Below, piece after piece: positions 45,161 to 54,620 of a stretch of 64,000 bases of DNA (its first letter is position 1; each line of letters starts with the position of its first letter). The DNA comes from an uncultured Ignavibacteriaceae bacterium (GTDB lineage Bacteria; Bacteroidota; Ignavibacteria; Ch128b), in contig CAZGQO010000001.1 in the NCBI GenBank assembly GCA_964527925.1, positions 397,742 to 461,741 of the forward strand, read 5' to 3'. The notes below the pieces were generated by a model. The model was not told the origin of the DNA, made no database searches, and was given only the letters and a program-made list of their open reading frames with translations. The position numbers and the translations under genes were made by a program.

Positions 45161-46302
45161 TTCAATACCAATGAATTATATAGATTTTCAAAAAAACCAA
45201 TACATTTTTCTTTTGTGAATGTTGTTTCCATTGCTTTTTTACCATTTAATCCAAGTTTCATTCTTAATTCGGGATCATTTTTAAGTTTAATAATCATTCT
45301 TACACAGGTTTCTAAATCACCAAAGGGATAGACATATCCACAATTTACTCCTTCAACAATTTCTTTTATTCCACCAACATCACTTGAAACAATTGGAACA
45401 CCAGCAGACATTGCTTCCCAGATTGTAAGAGGTAAACCCTCCCGCTCAGAGGTCATCAACAGCACATCAAGTAAAGAAATTAATTGGAATGGATTTTCAA
45501 CATATCCTAAAAAGGTCACATTTTTTTCAAGTTCTAATGATATGGCTAAATTTCTTATTTCATTCAACAATACACCATCACCCATGAAAATAAAATGTAT
45601 ATCTTCAACTTTTTTATTAATGATTGACTTCAAAACCATCAACGCAAAATCAACTCTTTTTTCCGAATCTATTCTACCAATCATTCCGACAAGAAAATTT
45701 TTTTTTCTAATTTCCTTTACTGAATAAAGAATTTCTTGATTCAAAATATTAAGAGCTGTATTAACGATTGAATTATAATAAAAATCTGATTTCTTGAATA
45801 ATTTAGAATCATTGAACAAAATCTTAAGACTGCTTTTCGAAGGAGCTATAGCTATTTCGCATCCTTTAAGGAAATAAATAAGAGTATGAAAAGCGTAAAG
45901 TATAATTCTTTGAGGTTTGTTATAGTATTCGTTAAAAATAAAAACTCCATGATAATTATAAATATGATTCTTCCTTAAGATAATACTGAGCATTCCCAAT
46001 AAAATATATGCTTTCGTAGAATGCGAATGTAAAATATCCACTCTTTCCTTTTTGATAATTCGATAAATTTCAATTAACGATTTAAATGGCAGTTTATTAC
46101 CAAGACTTTTTAATTCATAAACACTCACATTCGATTTGTTTAATTTCTTCTTAATTTCTTCCCCACCTTCATAAATTAGAATGTGTGAATATTTTTCTTG
46201 ATCCAGATTATCAAAAATCATTTTTAAATGAGTGAAACGCCCATCTGCAAGAGCAGTTATATGTTCAGCTACATGACAAATTTTTATTTTTCTTTCATAC
46301 AT
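45157..46302 (-). CDS. glycosyltransferase family 4
   Basis: 381 aa with EGLPLTIWEAMSAGVPIVSSDVGGIKEIVEGVNCGYVYPFGD, the canonical GT4 EX7E region. It overlaps its neighbours by 4 and 19 nt. Confidence 0.75.
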   Translation of the reverse strand: MYERKIKICHVAEHITALADGRFTHLKMIFDNLDQEKYSHILIYEGGEEIKKKLNKSNVSVYELKSLGNKLPFKSLIEIYRIIKKERVDILHSHSTKAYILLGMLSIILRKNHIYNYHGVFIFNEYYNKPQRIILYAFHTLIYFLKGCEIAIAPSKSSLKILFNDSKLFKKSDFYYNSIVNTALNILNQEILYSVKEIRKKNFLVGMIGRIDSEKRVDFALMVLKSIINKKVEDIHFIFMGDGVLLNEIRNLAISLELEKNVTFLGYVENPFQLISLLDVLLMTSEREGLPLTIWEAMSAGVPIVSSDVGGIKEIVEGVNCGYVYPFGDLETCVRMIIKLKNDPELRMKLGLNGKKAMETTFTKEKCIGFFENLYNSLVLK

Positions 46303-47390
46303 TTTTCGAAAACTTCTAAATAATTTTTCACAACTTTTTGCCAGCTAAACTGTTTTGCTAAAGCTTTAGAATTAGAAGAAATCTTAATTAGATCAGCTTG
46401 ATTGTTTTTAATAAAATCAAAAATCTCATTAAAACTTTGATGATCTTCTGGATTATAAATAAATCCACTCTTACAGTGCCTGATTACTTCAGCTATTCCT
46501 ACATTTCTGTGAACCATAGGTATCAAACCTTGACTCATACATTCCAGACAGAAAATTGAAAAAGAGTCAAATGCTGGACCTTTGATTACAAAATGTTTAT
46601 CCTTCAAAAATTCTCTTAAACTTTCACCTGACATTAATTTGATTTTATAAATGTAGAAATTTTCTTTCAAACTAATTGAACCTTCTTCTATTCCTATAAT
46701 AAACAGTTCAATTGGTAAATCAGAAATTTTATTTAATAATTTTATTAATTCATCCAGACCTCTTTCAATATTTGTGGATGTACCATTATAAAAAACGAAT
46801 CTAAATTGGACTGTGAATTTTTTTTGATCTGCTTCAGTAAAAAAAATTTCATCGAGTCCATTGTAAATCACCTCAGAACTTTTGACTAAATCCTGATAGT
46901 TTTTCCTGAATTCATTAAGTAATAAGTTAGATACAAAAACATTTGCATTACTTTTTTTGATCGCTAATTTTTCAAGCATTAAAACTCTTGCTTTTCGTAA
47001 ATAGTTGGATTTATGAGTTCCAGATATGATCTCATTTTTAAGCACACCATGATAGGTCGTCACAATTTTTAATCTGAGAAAATTTTTTAATAGTAAAAAA
47101 AGAATTTGAAACACTTCAAGATTGACGATGTGAATAATATCTGGTTGTTCCTTCAATAAATAATGAATAATTCTAATCAGACCTAACTTCAATACATATG
47201 GCTCTTTAGAAATTATTTTTTTCCCAAATAATCTTTGAACTAACGAAACATCAGAATTCTTAAAAAAATAATCTATAAATACAACATTCTTTCCTTCTTG
47301 ATTCAAATGAAACAAAAGCCTTTTCCCGAATTTTTCGGGACCAGATAAAATTTCTGACTCATTATATCTTCCCATTAAAACTATTGTCAT
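46284..47390 (-). CDS. glycosyltransferase (GT-B fold, GT4-like)
   Basis: 368 aa with the C-terminal motif CLECMSQGLIPMVHRNVGIAEVIRHCKSGFIYNPED. Confidence 0.6.
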   Translation of the reverse strand: MTIVLMGRYNESEILSGPEKFGKRLLFHLNQEGKNVVFIDYFFKNSDVSLVQRLFGKKIISKEPYVLKLGLIRIIHYLLKEQPDIIHIVNLEVFQILFLLLKNFLRLKIVTTYHGVLKNEIISGTHKSNYLRKARVLMLEKLAIKKSNANVFVSNLLLNEFRKNYQDLVKSSEVIYNGLDEIFFTEADQKKFTVQFRFVFYNGTSTNIERGLDELIKLLNKISDLPIELFIIGIEEGSISLKENFYIYKIKLMSGESLREFLKDKHFVIKGPAFDSFSIFCLECMSQGLIPMVHRNVGIAEVIRHCKSGFIYNPEDHQSFNEIFDFIKNNQADLIKISSNSKALAKQFSWQKVVKNYLEVFEKCMKEK

Positions 47391-47391
47391 T

Positions 47392-48645
47392 TCAAACCAA
47401 ATTGTTTGCTTTTGTGAATCTTATCAAATAGAAAACTTGAAGAATTAAAATTAAGATTGAACTCAAAATAAGAGATATAACTGCACCAGAAATTCCAAAA
47501 TATTTTATAAAAATCAGATTAAAAATAAAGTAAAGCAATACAGCGAGAAAAGTTATAAACATATTAATTTTTTCCAGTCTAAATGAGTTCAACAATACTC
47601 CATTCAAACCAATTAAAAATATAATTGGAATAGCAAATGATAATTGTTTTAAGTAAAAAACTGAGTCGAGAAATTTAATTCCAAATAAAACTTTCACAAG
47701 AAATTCTCCGAATATTTCAAAAAAAACAACAGTAAAAATTCCAAGACTAAAAAGCAAAAGAAAATCGACTTTTAATTGTGAAATAAATTTCTTTTGATCA
47801 AAATCAGCATACATCTTTGAATAAAAATTGAAAGATTGTAAATAAAAAATTGATGATAAAACTGATGTCTGTCTGAACAAACTCGAAGCAACGGAATAAA
47901 CAGCAACATCATGATTCCCCCTGAGAGATTGGAGAATTAAAATATCAATTCTCTCAAAAGTCATTACAAAAATTACAGACAGTGCAAAAGGGAAGGAAAC
48001 TTTAACCAGATTCTTAATAACTACCCAGTTGAACGTTTTAAATAAATCAATAAGTTTTATCTCATTTATTTTACTTACTAAATATAGAAATTGAAATACC
48101 AGAATAAGAAACAAAAAAGATAAACTAATATGAACTTCTACTCTGGTTATTGTAAAGTAAATTAAAAGTAAAAACAATATTAGTCGAGTGTAAAAAATTG
48201 AATAAAAGCTGATGCTGAATTTGTTTTTACCGTTCAAATAAAAAATGAGTATCTGCAAAATTGAATAGAAAAAATTTATTAGAGATATTAAAACAATGAT
48301 TAAACTGATATATATATCACCTTTGAAATAAACCAACGGTACAGGTAAGAAAAAAATCATTAACAATAATTTGAATGAAATTGTATTAGTAAGTTGATTT
48401 ATTCTAAGTTTTCCTGAAGCGGCTTCCCTTTGAATATAAATCGGAAATCCAAAATCAATAAATGCAGCTAAAATATTTGTAAATGCAAAAGCGGATACTA
48501 TTAATCCGTAAAGTTCCTTGTCAACATATCTCGCAATTGAAATATAGAATGCAAAAAAAGTTAATCGTTCAAAAATATTATAAAGAAAAATATACTTACC
48601 ATTTGCCCAGATTGATTTTAATTCACCTCTGAATTCCGAAAACAT
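47392..48645 (-). CDS. polysaccharide biosynthesis protein / oligosaccharide flippase (Wzx-like)
   Basis: 417 aa, extremely hydrophobic with about 12 predicted TM segments, positioned next to the glycosyltransferases. Confidence 0.6.
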   Translation of the reverse strand: MFSEFRGELKSIWANGKYIFLYNIFERLTFFAFYISIARYVDKELYGLIVSAFAFTNILAAFIDFGFPIYIQREAASGKLRINQLTNTISFKLLLMIFFLPVPLVYFKGDIYISLIIVLISLINFFYSILQILIFYLNGKNKFSISFYSIFYTRLILFLLLIYFTITRVEVHISLSFLFLILVFQFLYLVSKINEIKLIDLFKTFNWVVIKNLVKVSFPFALSVIFVMTFERIDILILQSLRGNHDVAVYSVASSLFRQTSVLSSIFYLQSFNFYSKMYADFDQKKFISQLKVDFLLLFSLGIFTVVFFEIFGEFLVKVLFGIKFLDSVFYLKQLSFAIPIIFLIGLNGVLLNSFRLEKINMFITFLAVLLYFIFNLIFIKYFGISGAVISLILSSILILILQVFYLIRFTKANNLV

Positions 48646-48652
48646 ACAAAGT

Positions 48653-49948
48653 CTATCTTCTTGCTAGCCAGAGTTCTGGATTTTGTTTTTCTCTTTCTTT
48701 CCAGATTTCTAGATGTAACATCTCGCCACTTAAACTTTCACCGCTAAGCGCAATTATATCTCCTCTTTTTAATAATTGTCCTTCAGTAACAAGTACATCA
48801 GAGAGGTAAGCATAAACTGTTCTATAATCTTCCGAATGATTGAGAATAATGATATTTCCATAACCTGGTAACCAGTGTACAATTGAAACTACTCCATCAG
48901 CAATTGCCTTAACAGGTGAACCAAATGGAGCTGCTATATCAACACCAAAATTGAGTGTGACTGTATTCAGAACCGGATTTTTCTGTTTTCCAAACCGATT
49001 TACTATTCTGCCATTAACGGGCCATGGTAGTCTTCCTTTCATCTTTGAAAACGAAGAAAATTTTGGAAGAGCGTTAAATAAATCTTCACGATTCTCAGAA
49101 AGAGTTGTTGTTTTATTATATGAATTTTTGGTTTGTTGCTTGGTTTCGTTTTTTCTTACTGATTTTTGTTGTTGAAGTCGCTTTTGTTCTTCCAGAGCTT
49201 TTTGTTTTGCAATGAGTTCTTCTTTTCGTTTTTGTTCAATTAGCTTCTCAATCAGGCTTGTAATTTGTTTTTCTGATTGTTTTTTTCTCTCGAGATCTTC
49301 AAGTAAGGCTTCTTTATTATTTCTGAGGGAACTAACTACATTTCTTTTCTCTGAAATTTTTTCTCTTAAAGTAGTCTCGTCTTTTGATTTTTGAGTTCTA
49401 AGAGTTTCTTTTTCATTTAGAACCTGAAGTAAATTTTGTTTTTCTCTTTCAACTTCTAAAGCCTTAGCTTTAATTAATTCAAGTCGACGTTTTCTTTCCT
49501 CAGAGAATTTTTGAAAATATTTATATCTAAGTAATGCTTGATTTATTGATTCACTGCTTAATAATAATTCAAGCGGATTTCTTTTTCCATATTTATAAAG
49601 GTTAATGACATGCTGTTCATATTCAGATTGAAGTGATTTGAATTCTCGTTCTGCTGTCTTTAAATCCATTTCTCGGAGTTTAATCTCTTCGTTTAGTCTT
49701 TTCTCCTCCTGAGTCAATTGATTAATCAAATTCCGAATCAGTTGAAGTTGTTTATCATAATCATCAATAAACTCTAAATTTTTTTTCTCGGCTCTTTGGA
49801 TTTCTTTTAATTTTTTATCTAGTAGTTGGATTTCATTTCGAATCTTTTCAAGTTCTTTCTTTCGAGATTGTATAGAATCTCCTCGTTGTGCCAGCAGAAT
49901 AACAAACATTAAAAAAATTAGAGAAGCTATAATTTTTATTTTTACCAT
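48653..49948 (-). CDS. M23 family metallopeptidase with N-terminal coiled-coil (EnvC-like murein hydrolase activator)
   Basis: 431 aa with a signal peptide and a roughly 250-aa Glu/Lys/Gln-rich coiled-coil. The C-terminal LytM/M23 domain carries GVDIAAPFGSPVKAIADGVV and NIIILNHSEDYRTVYAYL. Confidence 0.75.
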   Translation of the reverse strand: MVKIKIIASLIFLMFVILLAQRGDSIQSRKKELEKIRNEIQLLDKKLKEIQRAEKKNLEFIDDYDKQLQLIRNLINQLTQEEKRLNEEIKLREMDLKTAEREFKSLQSEYEQHVINLYKYGKRNPLELLLSSESINQALLRYKYFQKFSEERKRRLELIKAKALEVEREKQNLLQVLNEKETLRTQKSKDETTLREKISEKRNVVSSLRNNKEALLEDLERKKQSEKQITSLIEKLIEQKRKEELIAKQKALEEQKRLQQQKSVRKNETKQQTKNSYNKTTTLSENREDLFNALPKFSSFSKMKGRLPWPVNGRIVNRFGKQKNPVLNTVTLNFGVDIAAPFGSPVKAIADGVVSIVHWLPGYGNIIILNHSEDYRTVYAYLSDVLVTEGQLLKRGDIIALSGESLSGEMLHLEIWKEREKQNPELWLARR

Positions 49949-50712
49949 CTCTTAATTACCACATCTTCTGGTACCTCTGGATATTGAATAACAGTCTCCT
50001 TATTGATATAAATTTCTGAAAAATTTATTTCAAGCCAATTATCTTTCTTTAAATCAATAAATCTAATTTTACTTGGAAATCGAATCCCATTTTTATCCTT
50101 AATGAAACCATTTAATGTCATATTAAGAGTAAATTCACTCCCTTTGATCATTTTAATTTCCGATATCATCCTTGAAGATTTATCAAAATAAAAGTCGATC
50201 CTCCTATCATTTTTAATTTTGGAAAACCTATAAAAATTTCCACTATCAATAACAGGTGAACTCGAATCAGAGTTAATCTGATCAGGATTGATATAACCAA
50301 GTAATAATGAGTAAATCAAATTTTTGTTTATTTCATCCGCAAAATATTTTCTCAATTTGCTTGAACTAAAACTTGCATAGATCAATTGGTTATTAAAATT
50401 GTTATGAATCATTATTGAATCATCGTTCAAATAAAGATTGCCAACATATATACCCAATGGACCCCAGAGATCAATACGTGCCCGGTTGTCTTTAAGAGTT
50501 ATCATTTCGAATTCTAACTTGACTGGAAAATTTTTGGTCGATAAAGAAATAGTTCCCGATGCAGAAATTGAATTGATACTTTCAAAATTTGATTTATACT
50601 CGTTAAGTAATTCATCGAAACTTATTGACTCATAAGTAACTTTTTTCGAAGTGCTGCATGAAATCAATAACGAAAGAGCAAAAATGACTGATAAATTAGA
50701 ACGAATATTCAT
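49942..50712 (-). CDS. outer-membrane lipoprotein, DUF4292/LolB-like
   Basis: 256 aa with lipobox LLISC and a size and context (between a TPR protein and the EnvC-like M23 peptidase) matching what I believe is a conserved Bacteroidota TPR/DUF4292/M23 trio. Confidence 0.5.
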   Translation of the reverse strand: MNIRSNLSVIFALSLLISCSTSKKVTYESISFDELLNEYKSNFESINSISASGTISLSTKNFPVKLEFEMITLKDNRARIDLWGPLGIYVGNLYLNDDSIMIHNNFNNQLIYASFSSSKLRKYFADEINKNLIYSLLLGYINPDQINSDSSSPVIDSGNFYRFSKIKNDRRIDFYFDKSSRMISEIKMIKGSEFTLNMTLNGFIKDKNGIRFPSKIRFIDLKKDNWLEINFSEIYINKETVIQYPEVPEDVVIKRW

Positions 50713-52520
50713 TTAATTTCATTCAATTTTTGTTTGATAGATTCATTTTCTGGATTGAGTTTTAATGCCAGTTCATAATACTCTTTTGCATCTTCGACCT
50801 TGTTCAATTTTATTGAAACATCACCCATATGTTCGAGTATTTCAGCACTCGGTGAACCTTGATCAATTGCAAGTTTGATATACTTAGCAGCGGTTTCATA
50901 ATCACCCATTTGAAAGTAAATCCAGCCGAGTGTATCAAGGTAAGAATCAACCAGCGAATCCTTTTCCAGTGATTTTTTTGAAAGCTCTAAAGCTCTTTCG
51001 AGATTATATTTCCGCTCTGCAAGGCTATAGGCATAATTATTCATTATCATTGAATCATCAGGATATACCTTCAATGCTTCTTCATACATCGAATCGGATT
51101 CAATGTAATAACCAGCATCTTTTAATAACATAGGCAAATTAACCAGTGCAGCGTGATTTTTACTATCAATCTTAAGCGCATTTCGACAATATTCAATTGC
51201 TTCGTTATAATTTTTAATTTTACCAAGGGTATAACCCATCAATACTAACAAATCAGGATTTTCAGGACTAAGTTCGATAGCTTTCGAAAAATATTTTGCC
51301 GCTTGATTGTAATCAGAAATCTGTAAATAAGAAAAACCAAGAGTTGAGTTGAAATCAACATCGTTTTCATAGTAAGAAATCAAAGGCGTTAATAATCGAA
51401 TTGAATTTTCATAATTATTATTTCTATAAATTCCATAAGCAATATTCTTAAAATTTTCTCTTGAGACTTTATCACCAAGAACAAAATTCATCAACTTATC
51501 TTCTATATTCTGATTATCAATCAATTTTAAAGCAAGAAGAAAACTTGATATTAGTGTATCGTTATTTTTGAATCTCTTCTCGAACCTTTCAATTAATGAT
51601 TTACGACTTACCGAATCTTTATAAGATTTTTCAAAAATCATATCATACATACCAATACTAAATAAATTACTGTCTGATAATGATATTTCAGAAAAAGCTT
51701 CATCTATGTGAAAAAATGCATCTGTGTATTTTTTTTCATCCAATAAAAGCTGAGCTATTAAAAAATTAAGAAGCGAATTTTTTGGATATTTCTCATACCA
51801 ATCAAATGCAACTTTCTTTGCTTCTTCATTTTTATTTCTAATGTAATAGAGAGTTAAAAGTGTTGCTTTCCAATTAAAATTACGCGGTTCGATATAGATT
51901 AATGACTTTAAAACTTTTTCACATTTATCATAATCTGATTGTGAGATGTAATACTCATAAAGTTCCCCCAAAGCTCGAGTATTTTCTGGATCTATTTCAA
52001 GAATTTTTTCATAAATTTTTTCTGTTGTATCAGTATCTTCCGAAGAATATAAACTTGCAAGAACAAAATAAGCATCGATATAAGTTGAATCGTTCTTTAT
52101 TATTCGATGTAACAAATTAGCAGCTTTTCTAAATTCATAAATCTGATAATAAAATTGACTTGCACCAAACAAATAATATGGTTGAAGAACCGAATCAGGA
52201 TAAGAAAGTAATTTTTCAAAATACTTCTGAGCAAGTTCAAATTTTTCAATCTTCAATAGTTCATTTCCAAGTGCAAAATATATGGCAGGATTTTCTTCAA
52301 ATATTAAAGCTTCTTGAAATTCAAGAATTGCTTTTTCTGATCTTTCTTGAAGCGAATAAGTAAGTCCATCAATAAAATGTCTCTTGGCTTCAATGTTTTT
52401 TATGGATATTAAAGCATCTTTATAGTACTTGTTGTCCTTATAAGTTTTTTCTTGAGAAACCAAGAAACCATTAATTGAGACGAATATTATTAGAAAAAAT
52501 ATTAAGTTTTTCATGTACAA
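50709..52520 (-). CDS. tetratricopeptide repeat protein
   Basis: 603 aa with a signal peptide followed by more than 10 TPR-like repeats (the AxxYxxLG..Y..A....A pattern recurs). Confidence 0.75.
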   Translation of the reverse strand: MYMKNLIFFLIIFVSINGFLVSQEKTYKDNKYYKDALISIKNIEAKRHFIDGLTYSLQERSEKAILEFQEALIFEENPAIYFALGNELLKIEKFELAQKYFEKLLSYPDSVLQPYYLFGASQFYYQIYEFRKAANLLHRIIKNDSTYIDAYFVLASLYSSEDTDTTEKIYEKILEIDPENTRALGELYEYYISQSDYDKCEKVLKSLIYIEPRNFNWKATLLTLYYIRNKNEEAKKVAFDWYEKYPKNSLLNFLIAQLLLDEKKYTDAFFHIDEAFSEISLSDSNLFSIGMYDMIFEKSYKDSVSRKSLIERFEKRFKNNDTLISSFLLALKLIDNQNIEDKLMNFVLGDKVSRENFKNIAYGIYRNNNYENSIRLLTPLISYYENDVDFNSTLGFSYLQISDYNQAAKYFSKAIELSPENPDLLVLMGYTLGKIKNYNEAIEYCRNALKIDSKNHAALVNLPMLLKDAGYYIESDSMYEEALKVYPDDSMIMNNYAYSLAERKYNLERALELSKKSLEKDSLVDSYLDTLGWIYFQMGDYETAAKYIKLAIDQGSPSAEILEHMGDVSIKLNKVEDAKEYYELALKLNPENESIKQKLNEIK

Positions 52521-52645
52521 AAGTTATCTAATGATAGTTAAATAAACAAGAAACCTTATTTTTTGTTCATAACTTTTTCAAAGAACATCAAATCTGAAAA
52601 CTCTTTAACTTAGTCTAAAAAAATCGATTTTCATATTTTATTAAC

Positions 52646-53575
52646 TTGCAATCAAAAACGAACAGAATTATGAATTACGATTTAGCTGTTGCCCATACAT
52701 GGGAATATGATATAGATTTTATTAACTCAATCAAAGATGTATTGAGTACCAAAAGTTTACTCACTCTGTTAATCTCTTACGAAAATTTACATGAAGTTTT
52801 TACTCAAATTAAAAACGACGAAATAAAATGTAAGTTCTTCCTTGACCGAGCATCAGATGCAGAAGAAGAATTTGAACCACTGGCAAAACTCATGGAAGAA
52901 AAACAAGTATTTATATTAAACAAATATTCCCATGTTGAATTTGCAACTGATAAGGCAACAATGCATCTGGAGTTTATCACGAATGGAATTAACACGCCTT
53001 ATACAATTATCATCTCACCATATAAAGAAAAGAAAGATATAGAGCTTTCACTCGAACAATTAGCAAAACTTGGCAGACCATTTATTATCAAACCTGCAAA
53101 CACAACTGGCGGTGGAATTGGTGTAGTTACTGGTGCTGAAACATTAGCCGATGTTCTAAAAGCAAGAAAAACTCTTGAAAACGATAAGTATCTTTTACAG
53201 GGAAAAATAGAACCTGTAGAGATTGACAACAAAAGATTCTGGTTTAGATCTTTCTATGCATTTGGTAAAATTATTCATTGCTGGTGGAATGATTTGACTC
53301 ACATCTATGATGAAGTAGATTCAAGTGAATATGAAAAATATAATCTCCATGAAATGGATGAAATAGTAAACAAAATTCACAAAATCACTAATCTCGAATT
53401 TTTCTCAACTGAAATTGCACTAACAAAAGAACAGAATTTTGTGGTAATTGATTATGTAAATGATCAGTGCGATATGCGATTCAAATCAAAACATTTTGAT
53501 GGTGTGCCTGATAGTGTAGTTTATGAGATAATTGAAAATTTAGCAGAGTTTATTTTAAGTCATAAAAAAAATTAA
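52646..53575 (+). CDS. ATP-grasp domain protein of unknown specificity
   Basis: 309 aa. RPFIIKPANTTGGGIGVV resembles the ATP-grasp K-x-GS-G-GV loop, followed by the LLQGKIEPVEIDNKRFWFRSF region. The real start is probably the ATG at 52670 (MNYDLAV...). It is an orphan divergent gene. Confidence 0.5.
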   Translation: MQSKTNRIMNYDLAVAHTWEYDIDFINSIKDVLSTKSLLTLLISYENLHEVFTQIKNDEIKCKFFLDRASDAEEEFEPLAKLMEEKQVFILNKYSHVEFATDKATMHLEFITNGINTPYTIIISPYKEKKDIELSLEQLAKLGRPFIIKPANTTGGGIGVVTGAETLADVLKARKTLENDKYLLQGKIEPVEIDNKRFWFRSFYAFGKIIHCWWNDLTHIYDEVDSSEYEKYNLHEMDEIVNKIHKITNLEFFSTEIALTKEQNFVVIDYVNDQCDMRFKSKHFDGVPDSVVYEIIENLAEFILSHKKN

Positions 53576-54519
53576 AATTCTTTTTCATCTAAACTTTCAA
53601 CAAGTCGTAAGTAGCTTTCATATCTTTCGGGTGGGATTATTTCTTCCTCAACACCTTTTTTGACGGCGCATTCGGGTTCGTGAGTATGTGTACAGGTGTT
53701 GAACTTACAATTCTTTGCCAATAAAGATATTTCCCGGAAATAATGAGTAATATCTTCTCTTGATAATCCATAAGGTTCAATTTCTCTCACTCCAGGTGTA
53801 TCAATTACAAAAGTATTTTCATTGATTTTGAACAATTGAGCTGTGACGGTTGTGTGTCTGCCTTTATTCCATGCATCAGATATTTCACCAACTTTCTGAT
53901 TAATCCTTGAATCTATTGAATTAAGTATTGATGATTTTCCAACGCCAGAATGCCCAATAAAAACCGAAGTTTTACCCTGAATCAATTTTTTGATTTCGTC
54001 AATGCCCATCCCGTTTATAACTGAAGTTCGAACTACTTTATAACCTAAAGCTGAGTAAAGTTCATACCAGTAATCAAACTTCTTTTTCTTAACGAGATCA
54101 TATTTATTAATCACAATGATTGGGGTTGTTTCACAACTTTCGGCAGTCACAATTATTCTATCCAGCACACGATTATTAAATTTTGGTTTATCGATTGAAA
54201 CTACACAAAAAGTATAATTTACATTAGCAGCAATTATTTGTTCAAATCTTTTTCCTTTTTCAGAAACACCTTTTATGTATGGAGCCTTACGGGAAAGATA
54301 ATTTCTTCTTGTTGGAATTTTTTCAATTACACCAGTTCCATCTTCGTTTAATTCGAAATCAACAATATCTCCAACAACAACTAAATCGGTGTAAAGGAGT
54401 TTTTCTTTTTTCCACTCAGCTTCAAGTTTTAGTTTGCCCCGTAAAAAACATCTAATTTCTCTATCCTCATAGAGGACATAATAATCTTTACTTTCGATAC
54501 GACTAACCATTCCTTTCAT
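53572..54519 (-). CDS. rsgA: ribosome small-subunit-dependent GTPase A
   Basis: 315 aa with an OB-fold N-domain, a circularly permuted GTPase (VINKYDL, GHSGVGKSS) and the C-terminal zinc motif CKFNTCTHTHEPECAV. Confidence 0.9.
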   Translation of the reverse strand: MKGMVSRIESKDYYVLYEDREIRCFLRGKLKLEAEWKKEKLLYTDLVVVGDIVDFELNEDGTGVIEKIPTRRNYLSRKAPYIKGVSEKGKRFEQIIAANVNYTFCVVSIDKPKFNNRVLDRIIVTAESCETTPIIVINKYDLVKKKKFDYWYELYSALGYKVVRTSVINGMGIDEIKKLIQGKTSVFIGHSGVGKSSILNSIDSRINQKVGEISDAWNKGRHTTVTAQLFKINENTFVIDTPGVREIEPYGLSREDITHYFREISLLAKNCKFNTCTHTHEPECAVKKGVEEEIIPPERYESYLRLVESLDEKEF

Positions 54520-54561
54520 AATTTGCGAAAATAATTAAATGGATTTGAATTTATTCTTCTC

Positions 54562-54599
54562 ATCAAAAAAATAAAAGCTCGCACTTGATGGCGAGCTTT
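54562..54599 (-). terminator. rho-independent terminator downstream of the OMP/lipoprotein cluster
   Basis: On the minus strand AAAGCTCGC-catcaagt-GCGAGCTTT is a perfect 9-bp stem, followed by TATTTTTTTGA. Confidence 0.7.
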
Positions 54600-54620
54600 C
54601 ATGATAGATTTGATCAATGC

